Both the position numbers and the translations under genes were made by a program. Below, piece after piece: positions 13,609-24,476 of a stretch of DNA of 48,450 nucleotides. The notes beneath the pieces were generated by a model. It had not been told where the DNA came from and made no database searches. It saw only the letters and a program-made list of their open reading frames with translations. Every line of letters begins with the position of its first letter. The first letter of the stretch is position 1. Source of the stretch: Intoshia linei (taxonomy: Eukaryota > Animalia > Orthonectida); contig LWCA01000139.1 in the NCBI GenBank assembly GCA_001642005.1, positions 1 through 48,450 of the forward strand, read 5' to 3'.

Positions 13609-13734
13609 TATGTACCCTTCTCAAAATATAAATTATATATAGACGATAAGCTATTTATTTTGATTTAACAGTTGACAACTCTAACTAGAGCACATTATAG
13701 TTACGTAATGGAATAATAAAAATGCACATTTAAA

Positions 13735-15717
13735 ATGTTTTCATTTCTAAAATCACCTTCAATTAAGTAAATTTTAATAAAAAATATATATTGAACACAA
13801 CTCAATAGAAATGTAAACGTCGGACTAAATAAAACAGTTTATATAGCCGGAGAAAATATAAATGGTACTATAAATATTGAATGTTCCAAAACTACGAGAT
13901 TAGAAAAAATTTGTATAAAAATTCACGGAATTGTACTTGTTAAAGTTTACGAAGGAAAGCACAATACAAAAAGAATATTTAAACAACCATTTTATACAAC
14001 TCAAACGAACCTAGAACATTGTATGAATTATACTTTGTATGTAAAGAAGAATCTACCATTACGAGACCCGAAGAGGGTCTCGATACAATTTTTCTAAATG
14101 GGTTTCATTTTTCCAAATTAAGCATAAAAAAATTATATTTTTCAATGTTATTAATACTGTGAGTATTAAATTATAGCAAATTTATATATGGGATATTTAT
14201 TTATCTTAAATACTTTTTATAATGAAATATTTCTTTAATAGATTAAAAAAACATTTTACATATCTTTAAATTAGGCGCAACTCAGTTGACTGTAGGAATA
14301 AACACACTTCCTTTCAGTGTGACTCTACTTAATAATTCAAATTCCATGTAATAATGTATACATTGCATTATTATTATTGCTATATTTACAGGTTGACCAC
14401 ATCCTGTAACATTACAGATGGGTCAGTATGTTATAAATTAAAAATTGATATTAATGGAGAAGAAAAGTTTGACACATACATTACCATAATTGCAACGTAT
14501 CTACCCACGACAGACTTGGTAATTTATATTTATCAATTTTTACTAACATGAAAAAACAGCACAACCCATAATTATGATATTATGTAATAGACTTATGTAC
14601 TATAAAAAAATCTGATTCCAAGTTTCGTACTACCAATTAAAATCAATTAAAAATTATTTTATTTTTGCAAAATCCTTTTCTTATATAAAAATGTATGTCT
14701 GTGTGTTAACCATTCATTGAAAAAATAGACGGTCGCAGGATTTAAAAAACCCCATTTCTAATACCGTTTTTCTCAGGACGTGTTTTTATCTATTTTTTAG
14801 TTTCAGAATTTGAGTCCGTCATGATCAAAAACCCAATTTTCCCTTTTGTTTGAAACATAAATCAACCCCAAATTCATTTTTTTCAGTGAAGCCATAAAAC
14901 TGTCATACGCGAATTTATCCGTTCCAGCACCATAAAATTTTAAAAATAACTACTAAAATTTACACCCTAATATATATGCTTGGTCAGTTTCGGTGTAGAT
15001 GTATCAAATTACCTCTTAAAAGTGGTTACGTTTAGAAAACTTATCATTTCCACTGTATAAATGTATCAAATTTCATATTTATAGTCCAAATTTTCGGGTA
15101 GTGCATATGTTAATGAAACAGAATGTTGTCAAGCTGGGCCATTAATTATATCAGCATCAATTGATCACAAACTAATTCAATTTGGTCAAATATGTACTCT
15201 ATCTTACAACATTGAAAATAAAAACCAATCAAAATACCAAATATATCTAAAATTAATACGATGTATTATATTGACGGCTCAGGGCAGAATTGCTACTGAA
15301 ATTATACCATTATTTACAAAAAAATGTATATTTTAATTACCAGTAAATACAATGCAATTAATAATGTAGTAGGAATTCTTGAACCTGGAGATTATATGAA
15401 CAATAAAGAAGTCTTAAACTTGGATTCTACATTTTTACCAACATATCCTTCTATACCCAACTCTATTGAAGCTTTTGACTATTTTGAGGTTTATTATTTA
15501 GTCATGAAACAGATACGGTCAGATATAATACATATTTAAATAATTAAAATTCTAGATCCATTTTTTTAAATACAATGTAAATTGTTATAAACAAATACAT
15601 TAATTTTAAGCTATTTTACTTTACATATTTAAGGTTTATACTAATTTTTAGATTTACGGAGAAAAAGGAATATGTTTTAATACAAGAGCTAAAATTGATA
15701 TTGTGATTATTAATTAA
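13735..15717 (+). CDS. Alpha-arrestin (arrestin-N + arrestin-C domain protein), 7 exons
   Basis: In-frame spliced model: MFSFLKSPSIKNVNVGLNKTVYIAGENINGTINI...ICIKIHG; GINTLPFSVTL; LTTSCNITDGSVCYKLKI; CCQAGPLIISASID..IQFGQ...NIENK; ends IYGEKGICFNTRAKIDIVIIN* at 15717. Confidence 0.8.
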
Positions 15718-16419
15718 AATTTCAATGTGCATTTAAATATTTTGTAACCACAACATTCCCATTGGGTTTGTCAACTACATTTATGTAATTAAGAGTTTAT
15801 AAAGTGGGCGAAATTTAATTTTTTACAAATTTAAATTTCAGAGCAGAGTTCCCAAACTACCCGTTTGCATAATTCTAGATGTATGTGAAAAAAGGTTACA
15901 TGCAAAAATAAATATTTTAATTTTAAAAACAAAATTTTTTTACACATTTATGATATTTTTCATAAATTGCGTGCTTATTAGCAACTACTATTATCCGTAA
16001 AAAGAAAACACATTAACACTTTTGGAAAATAGATTACAGTACTTGGATATTTAAATTTTATAGAATAATAGAATGCACTTGGTGCATTGTTACACTTGCA
16101 CTTTAATATAAAATTCAAAAAATATAATGAAAAAATACGGAATGAATAATAGTGTCTTTTAGTAGCTGGTAAATATCTTCTCTAGCCAAATATTTGGAAT
16201 TTTTAATATCATAAACTTTAAAGCAAACTATTAAATTAATAATAAATTACAGTAATAATAATATACTTTTCACATACTAGGTAAAAATTAAATTTCAAAA
16301 TGTATTACACATTAATATTTGCAATTAACAGTAAATTATTCACAATTTTTAAATAACTAAATTTGGAAGTTACTCAACCATCCCATACAATTAATGCATC
16401 ATTAAACTACTTAAAAAAT

Positions 16420-16701
16420 TCAAAATAATACATAAAAATTTAAATTACATTTAATTCGATCGATATTGTCTGTATTACACATGATTGACAAAACATTAAT
16501 CCACGATTCGTCCAATATTTGATTTTTAAAGTTTACGTCGAGCAATTTAAAAACTGAACAATGTTTAAAAATAAAAGTATAAATATATAAACCCCTCTCA
16601 ATGACAAAATCATTAGAATAATCCATATCATGCATAAATTGCTGAAAATTATCCTTATTCATAGTGTTTTTTTTGCGCGTATAATAATGAAATCCTTCCA
16701 T
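16420..16701 (-). CDS. Unidentified 93-aa ORF, possibly an exon of an orphan gene or pseudogene
   Basis: Coding-like composition and nearby tiny GT-AG intron-like segments, but I could not build a stop-free spliced model and see no recognisable motif. Confidence 0.25.
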   Translation of the reverse strand: MEGFHYYTRKKNTMNKDNFQQFMHDMDYSNDFVIERGLYIYTFIFKHCSVFKLLDVNFKNQILDESWINVLSIMCNTDNIDRIKCNLNFYVLF

Positions 16702-17035
16702 CCATTCAATTATTTCACATTTATTAACTACATTTTTTATATCAAATTTAGCTAAACCTACATTGACATTGTATGTTGCGGATTATTCGCTCTGCTGTAG
16801 CAATCTGAATTTTTTTCTTTTTGAGAGCATACATAAAGAATTAAATTTAAAATACGAATTTCATCTAGAAATTGTTAACAACAATCAATCAAAGTACTAT
16901 TTTAATATCTTTTGTATAGGAAAAATTTAATTGAGTTAAATTGGATCACAGTGAATTGTTTCACACTATCACAATTTAAACAAGCCATTATGTGTTACAG
17001 TATAGGGAAGTGTACATTTATTTACAAATTAAATT

Positions 17036-20000
17036 TTATGTAGTTTTTACCCAACTTGGCAGTGACGTTGTAAAATTCCAACAATTTTCCTAATTAAGAT
17101 AATTCACATATTAATAAATAATGTAAAAACTATTAATAATTTTAAATACATAAACTGATAAAAAAACAATTTCTATCAATCTAAGAGACTGGTTTAAAGT
17201 GGACCGCCAGATAAATTATTGTAAATTATAAAAAATTTTATAAAATTTTTTCTATTATAAAATGCATCAAATCCAATTTTCAGGGTCAGTAATTATGATA
17301 ATGTAAATCATTTTAAATATTATTACATATATAAGGTACACTACACCAGTAATAAGTTTGGGAACCACTGTACTGTATTTTTAAGGTGATAATAAATATA
17401 AATCAAATTACCAACTTGTAGGAATGACAATGGAGCATTATTTTTTGCTGATCGTACAAATTTACAATACCCTTTTTACAAAAATGACAACTATCGTCGT
17501 ATTCTTCATTATATGATTCATCTTTTGGGTGTGTAGTTCCTTTTATATCCATGGAACCATTAAAACTGTCATCGTATTTACGTAAAATCTATAAAAAATG
17601 ATTAAAGTATCCATACATAATACACAACAATAATAATTATCAAATAACATGTTCCATGAAATGTATGTCATAAATGATGAATAAAACTAATTAAAAAAAG
17701 CTTGCCCGACCCTAGTTTAGTATATAGAATAAATTCAAATTTTGATTTACCTGGTCAATCTGTTCATTCGAATAGTCATAAATCCCTCCTTTGCCATTAT
17801 CGTCTCCCCACAATTTAACGTTATTATATAAAATATCGTCAACAATAGGAAATCCAATATATTGAAGATGTAATCGAATTTGATGCATTCTACCAGTCTT
17901 TAAGTAACCTTTATGATAAGACTAAAATATTACACAAAACAATAAAATTTACATTTTAATATTGATTCACCAGCAATTTCATCCACTCCCACTTTTTCGA
18001 AAGTGGTATATGCGTACATGGGATCGTTTTCAGTGACAACGTCGTTACTAATCATCATTAAACCATACTTGGCTGATAGCTTTGTGATAGGTTTATCGCA
18101 TACTATTTTTTCACTAATATGATTACATTTAATTAAAAATTGAATTGAATTTAATTTAATTAAATTGTGTTAGAAATTAAATGTAAATTTTAATCATCAA
18201 AATTTAATTTAAGCCAATAATTTTTTGGATTGGCAAGGACTACCATATAAATCCTTTCTTAACGAAAAAAATATGTATCAACTCAGCTTCTAAAAAAAAA
18301 TATTCGACAATTAAAAAAATGTTACATTACAGATAACAATGTACCTGAGCGTTGGGTTTTTTCATTTTAATACTCATGTTTAACAATAAAATAATAATAA
18401 TTATTATTATTGTAGTTATAATTATAATGGAATGGATAGAAGAGTTTCCAATAATAAAAATAACTTTTCCCTTACCCAGGGCCGTGGAGAGCCAGCAGTA
18501 TGCTCAATATAAATTTTTTATAAATGAAACGTTTAAACTGTAGACTCTGCACCACTGGTGTAAAACCTTTCCAACCGGTGTGTCGCGAAAGTTTTTAAAA
18601 TTTATTAAATTTTTTTAGTAAATGTATAAAATATTAGTGTAGTCCGAAATGATAACACAATAATTTTAATATGAATAAATACGATAAAAAAGAAAAAACC
18701 TCTTTTTCCAATATTTTTTTGAAAAATCTGATTTTACCAAATCTTATGAGCAACAAATGTCTAATCCAAAATCCACAATAAAAAATCCAATTTTACCTAT
18801 ACTTAAGGGAAAAATCCCCTTTTTCCAATATTTTTTAGAAAAACCTTTAATTTTTTAATAAATGTTTGGATACATCCTTTGGAGTCCAAAATATAAATAT
18901 TTTTAAATGGGGTCCGTATACTATTTGAATAGAGAAATACTAGTATAGATTCTATACATTATTGAATCGTTCGTATATTGTCTAAAAATTAAAAATAACA
19001 GTTTGAAACCCCATTGGTCATCATAAAAATAAATTTCCAAACATACCCTATTAATAAATTAGAATAGTATGCCCCTCGTGATTGTAGGCCCGGTTATTTG
19101 ACCCTAGCCCCTCCAGTCATCTATAAACTAAATACGTTTTGAAATCGATCTATAGTTAATTGAACGCCACTGGTATAAATCTTGTGCAAATTCTTAATGC
19201 ATACATTATGTTTTATGCATATGAAATTATTGTGATGGATAAAAACACAATAAAAACATAACACTCATCTACTGTAGCTGACGTGTAAAAATTACAATGG
19301 AAATATTCCTTTAACTCTACATATATACACTTTACTGAGACGAGGATCTCTGCTTTTTATTATTTGAAACATTTCGGCAGCAGTAGATTTATTTTTAGCT
19401 AATATCAAGCAACCAGAAGTCATTCTGTCTAATCGATAGCATACTACATTATAATTTAAATTTACAACAAAGAAAAATTTTACATCTGAGATCATATATT
19501 TGCAATTCCCTCGCGACAATATATTGAAAAGAATTGTAATGATATCTACCACATGAATGTACTGGGATGGATGCAGGTTTGTTGAAAGCAATTAAATCAT
19601 TAGTCTCACCGATTATTTCAATTTTTTCATTAGTCACAATACCTTCATGTCTAGTTTTTATCGTAAATTAAAGTATAATTACCTACTCGTGTTGTAAACT
19701 AAATTCAAATCTTACCTGTGAGTCAAATTGGTCAATAAATCGCTTTGTTGGATAACATAACTTAAACTTGTTTTTTTGTGATTGACCTTTATCCTACCAT
19801 TCTTAATGTACGATTCCAAATCATAACTCTTCATTTTAAACTCATCTGCAATTACTTGCCCATACTCGCGCCCTATCCAACGTTCTTTAGCATAGCACTG
19901 ATAGAAATGGTAATATGGTTTGATTCTTCGATGTTCTGCGTGTATATAGCTATATCGTGTACCAATATCATATACACTCTGTGACATTGATATTGTGGTT

Positions 20001-20127
20001 CTCTTTGGTCCATTATACTTCTAAATTATATTCCAGTTTCGATTAATCATCATTAATAATGTACTATCCGTTTTGGTTTTATTTTGTCATTTTTTTTAAC
20101 CCGCTTATTTATTTCACTGTTTGTCAT
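17036..20127 (-). CDS. RPUSD2: RluA-family pseudouridine synthase, RPUSD2-like, 8 exons
   Basis: ATG at 20127. Motifs RRIKPYY..YAKERWIGR, S4-like IKNGRIKVN, THRHE, NKPASIPVHSCGRY, YRLDRMTSG (catalytic Asp), KVYICRVKGIFP, TGRMHQIRLHLQYIGFPIVDDILY, MLHCHSY; last exon ENCWNFTTSLPSWVKTT* (17089-17036). Confidence 0.9.
18478..19115. mobile_element. hAT MITE (same family as 9138) with a nested insert bearing ~30-bp repeats, in the long RPUSD2 intron
   Basis: Left TIR CAGGGCCGTGGAGAG; right part TGATTGTAGGCCCGG..CCCTAGCCCCTCC matches ~9797-9836; right TIR decayed. Confidence 0.6.
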
Positions 20128-20465
20128 TTGTTTTAAAAATATATTAAAATTATATTTTTTTTTAAAATTTACAAAGTTTTCTACAACTTTTTTAAATACA
20201 CATTTCCAAATTCTCATGTAAACTAAAGTATAATTAACTTTATTTGTCACTGTAGTTGTAGTAATAAATTAAATTAACTTAATAAAATTCATTATAAATT
20301 AAAATTTAAAAATTTAAAAATTTTTCAAATAATCAAAACAAAGTCTTATGGGTCTTGTTTAGTTGAAAGTTTCAACCCACATAACATGAACTTTTTATTT
20401 CACAATTTTAAATAACATTTCCGTATTTTCATTTCGTAGATACAAGTAATATAAATTTTTATTTT

Positions 20466-20842
20466 TCATTTTTTATGACACAGTTCTCTATAAAAATTTT
20501 TTTTATTTATAATATTTTTAACTTTAAAGATAATATCATCGTTTATATTGACTTGTGTTCTACAGATTGGACAACACTTTTTATGCATAAACCATTTCCA
20601 AATACAATGAAAATCAAATACATGCCCACATTCCTCGATTGCTCCTAATTTTAAATGTTTATTTTCACTAAACTTTTCTAGGCATATAGCACAGTGTGTG
20701 TATTGTTTTGTTTTTTCGTCGAGTATTTTTTTTGTTGTTGGTTTTAGTTTCATTTCAAAGTTGTTTATTTCTCTAATAGTGGTTTTTTATTTAAAAATGT
20801 ATGATAAATTTACCCATTTGAATCACAGGCTTGAAATGACAT
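20466..20842 (-). CDS. Small RING-finger protein (RING-H2-like with Asp at metal ligand 5)
   Basis: CAIC...CGHVFDFHCIWKWF..KKCCPICR. In-frame upstream exon from ATG 20842 (MSFQACDSNG|EINNFEMK); true 5' and 3' ends uncertain. Confidence 0.75.
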
Positions 20843-21068
20843 TTTATAGTTAGTTTTTTGACTGCTATCAACATATGGAGTAATATTATAATTGATTTCT
20901 AAATTGATGTTGATTTAAAAGGATATTTCAATTTTAAATTAAAATCATTTATTTTTGTTTATATTTCGAAATTTTATCTAATTCTGGGATACTCGACCGG
21001 ATACTAACTAAAAACCGGCTGAAAGCGGCAAGTTGAAAAAAAATTTTACATTTTTTTTTATTTTTGTA

Positions 21069-21699
21069 GTAACTTGACTGTTATGTACGTCGTACACATA
21101 GCATCCTAGCTCTGCTGAGGCGAAAATTTTTATTCTACCAGAAAAATATATTCAATAAGAAAAATTAATCTAAAAAAGTTACTACAATGTAATGACTAAT
21201 CTGTAATTTTTTTCAAATTCTAGGGCTGTTTTCATTTTAAAAAAAAATGTAATGTGGGGTTGTGATCGTGAAAATGAATTTTTTTTGAGGTTTCTATTTA
21301 TGATAATGTCTGTGATCTTAAAAACTATCCCAGAATTTATGTTTAAAAAAATTTTAGGACATTTTTAACACAAAGAATAATTTGTCGTTTTATCCATAAA
21401 GGTATGCGTTTTTGAGGGTGAGATAATTAATAATTAACGATAATTTTAATTATTTTAAAACGCGTCCCAGAATATATGTTTTATTAAATTTTTGAGTTGA
21501 TTTTTTTTAACAAAAGGAAACATTTGGGTTGTTTACCCTGAAGGACTCAAATTCTGAAACTGAAAAATAGATAAAAACACGTCCTGGGAAAAACTGTATT
21601 AGAAATTGGGTTTTATTAAATACTACGACTGTCATTCTTTTCAATAAATGGTTACACACAAATACACACACAGACATTCATTTTTATATAAGTAAAGGA
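21069..21699 (-). mobile_element. Near-complete non-autonomous Helitron copy
   Basis: 5' A|TCCTTTACTTATATAAAA at 21699; 3' GCAGAGCTAGG-hairpin-CAGTCAAGTTAC|T at 21069; A|T insertion site. Confidence 0.75.
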
Positions 21700-21820
21700 T
21701 AGGTCAAGATGTTTACCTTTTTTTGAATTTGATATTCTGGTAGTAAACCTAAATGAAATGATATGATGAAAAATTTTAATATATTATTTATTATATTTAC
21801 AATTTGTCAGTTCCGTTGTT

Positions 21821-22151
21821 AAGTGGTTTTTAAACTTTTTTGTGTAAATTAACATTTAGTTTACCTTTTAGTTTAATTTTGGGTTTTAGAAATTTTTTTT
21901 GAACCAAACTTTATGGGGATTTTTTAAGATTTTTTTTTGTAAACCAAACTTTCAAAGTAATTTTTAAGATTTTTTTTAAGCCAAATTTGAAATAGGGGTT
22001 TTAGGATTTTTTTTGAACAGAACTTAAAGACAACCTTACAGTTTGGTTAAAAAAAATCTAAAAAAACCACCCTTAAAGTTTATTTAAATATAAATTAAAA
22101 TTTCAAATAATTTCAAAGCATCCTGTTTCCTAGAGTGTTTAAAAACCACTG
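21821..22151. mobile_element. hAT MITE
   Basis: TIRs (A)AGTGGTTTTTAAAC / GTTTAAAAACCACTG; TSD CCGTTGTT/CCGTAGTT (7/8); internal AACCAAACTT..TTTTAAGATTTTTT repeats. Confidence 0.8.
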
Positions 22152-22268
22152 CCGTAGTTAGTTATCATCGTTTAAATCGGTAGATCTCAAGGGCCACCGA
22201 AAAATTAATACATTTTTTTATTATGTGAATAAAAATTTATTTATAATAATAAATATTATATACATATA

Positions 22269-22804
22269 CAGTGAAAACCGCTTATACGAAACGCATCGGG
22301 ACCAAGCAATTTGTCTCTTATAACCGGACGTCTTTTATATTCGAAAAATCATAAATAAATAAAATGTTAAGTAATATTTATGTCGTATAGAATGTGTAAA
22401 ACTGTGCAATGTACACATTCTATGGGTTAGTCGTAGAATGTGTTCAACTTTCATTTATATTTTAGTTTAATTTTGTGTTTTAGTAATTTTTTTTTAAACC
22501 AAACTTTCAAGGGATGTTTTTAAGATTTTTTTTGAACCAAACTATCAAGGGGGGTTTTTAAGATTTATTAAGATTAAATTCTCGATAAGATCTGGTACTG
22601 TTGTAAGAATGAATTTTGTCCAAAATAATTATTTTTTCTTAATATTTTTGTGATTTTCTTTTTAAAAAACAAATTGCCTGTCCACTATAAGCGGATATTT
22701 GTCCCTTATATCCGTCTGTGATTTACATACAAAACAAGCGTTTGATTCTGTTCCTAGCTTTTTGTCCCTTATATCCGGACGTCTCTTATAAGCCGATTCA
22801 ACTG
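22269..22804. mobile_element. pogo/Tigger-like MITE nested in a probable hAT MITE (22178-22989)
   Basis: TA|CAGTGAAAACCGCTTATA ... CTTATAAGCCGATTCAACTG|TA; subterminal CTTATA.CCG repeats; outer right TIR GTTGAGAACCACTG ends at 22989. Confidence 0.7.
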
Positions 22805-24476
22805 TAGTATTTAATATTATAATATAAGGTTCACAAATAAAATACATATAGCTTAAAATTAATATAATGTTTAACTTCATAAAAATAATTAGACTGTAAT
22901 TATAATGGATACGAAATTTGTTTTTTAACAAGTTTAAAAATATTGAGATGGATCGTGGGTCATAAACAGAAAAATGTTGAGAACCACTGATATACATCAC
23001 CATGAGTTTATGGAATATTTTATTGCCGGAAAGATTCGAACCTACCATACTCTAACCCCTATCGAAAATCAAAGATAGGAAATATTTTTTATTTTCGGTA
23101 ACCTCGAGCATTGTAAATTCGGCTATTTCTAATGCCAATACCTACATTTGTATCTACATTGGCGAAAACTGAATTAATAGATATTACCATTTTATAATGT
23201 TTTTTACCATTTTGCAAGGTAGCCTGAATGTATAAAAGCAAACTAATTTCAATATATTTTTAAATAATTGTATGCAAACCAAATATAATCAGTTGAAAGG
23301 ATAATATTATTACTCTGAAAATTTGATGGATACTAAAATTAGTATAGTGGAAATAATTAAAATTTAAATCATTACATTATTAAATGGAATTGAAAAATTG
23401 GTGAATTTGGCATGATAAACTAATATTTTGCATACAAATATATTAAACTGGCGGTTGAAACTGACTATATTTAAGCACTGTTTACACTAACCCCAATACT
23501 TGATATATATTGTAATCATTATGACTAAACTTTTTAACGTATTGATTTAATTGTGCCATGTTCTACTTTTGACCATATTACTAATTACAAAAAAATAGAA
23601 CTATAAAACCATGCATGAATCATAACAACAACGTATACTTGAATCTTATTTACATGTTTCTAATATATTTATTTGTAATGTAAAATGTACATTGTATGTT
23701 GTTATACGTTTCATTGTGTTTTACTTTGTACAAAATCAGACATATCCACCAAAAGCGAATTAATTAAATAGCTAATCAGTTATAACGTCATTATTAAGTC
23801 ATTAGGGATGACTCATTTACAAAAACCAATTTTACAAAATACTAATAATTTACTATAAAACCATAATGTTACTATGATCTTATTGTTTGTCTTAATATTT
23901 AAATACAGTATACCCAATGGATATGGTTAATACCCATACATGTATATAACAGTGCACAACAAAATGAAAACTTTTTTCGAAGATCTGAATGACAAAAATT
24001 AATTAATTTATTATTTACTTATACCATTAAAAAGCTGGAATTTTCGTGATCAGCATGATATCTCTATTGTTAATTTTACAGTTCGTTATCGAAAATATTA
24101 GTGGACAGCATCATAGCAACTAAGTTATTTTAATTAATTTTAGTTTCTTAATTTGTAATTTAATTAGTGTTTTAATATTATTAATTAATAAATGAGATAT
24201 TTTAATTTTTTTTCAATATATTTGCAATAACATTTGGATTGTATAATTATTTCTGTAGAGATTACTGAAAATTTACCGCACACAATTTCATCATATGCAA
24301 AAATTTAATCACTAGTTCACCTACAGCAAAAGTCTACTTAATTTTAATTTTTGAATTTTTATGGTATATTTATTGAATATATAAAAAGTAAATGTTGTAT
24401 ATCGTTCTCTAGAGATGAACAACGCTTTTTTTTTAATACTGAAACGTACCAAATCATATTGTAGAGTCGTTCAGGA

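Noticed and set aside
15844-17370. hAT TIR pair enclosing the orphan ORF and last RPUSD2 exon
   Set aside because: No TSD (TTTCAGAG versus TACTGTAT); such ends are abundant in the window.
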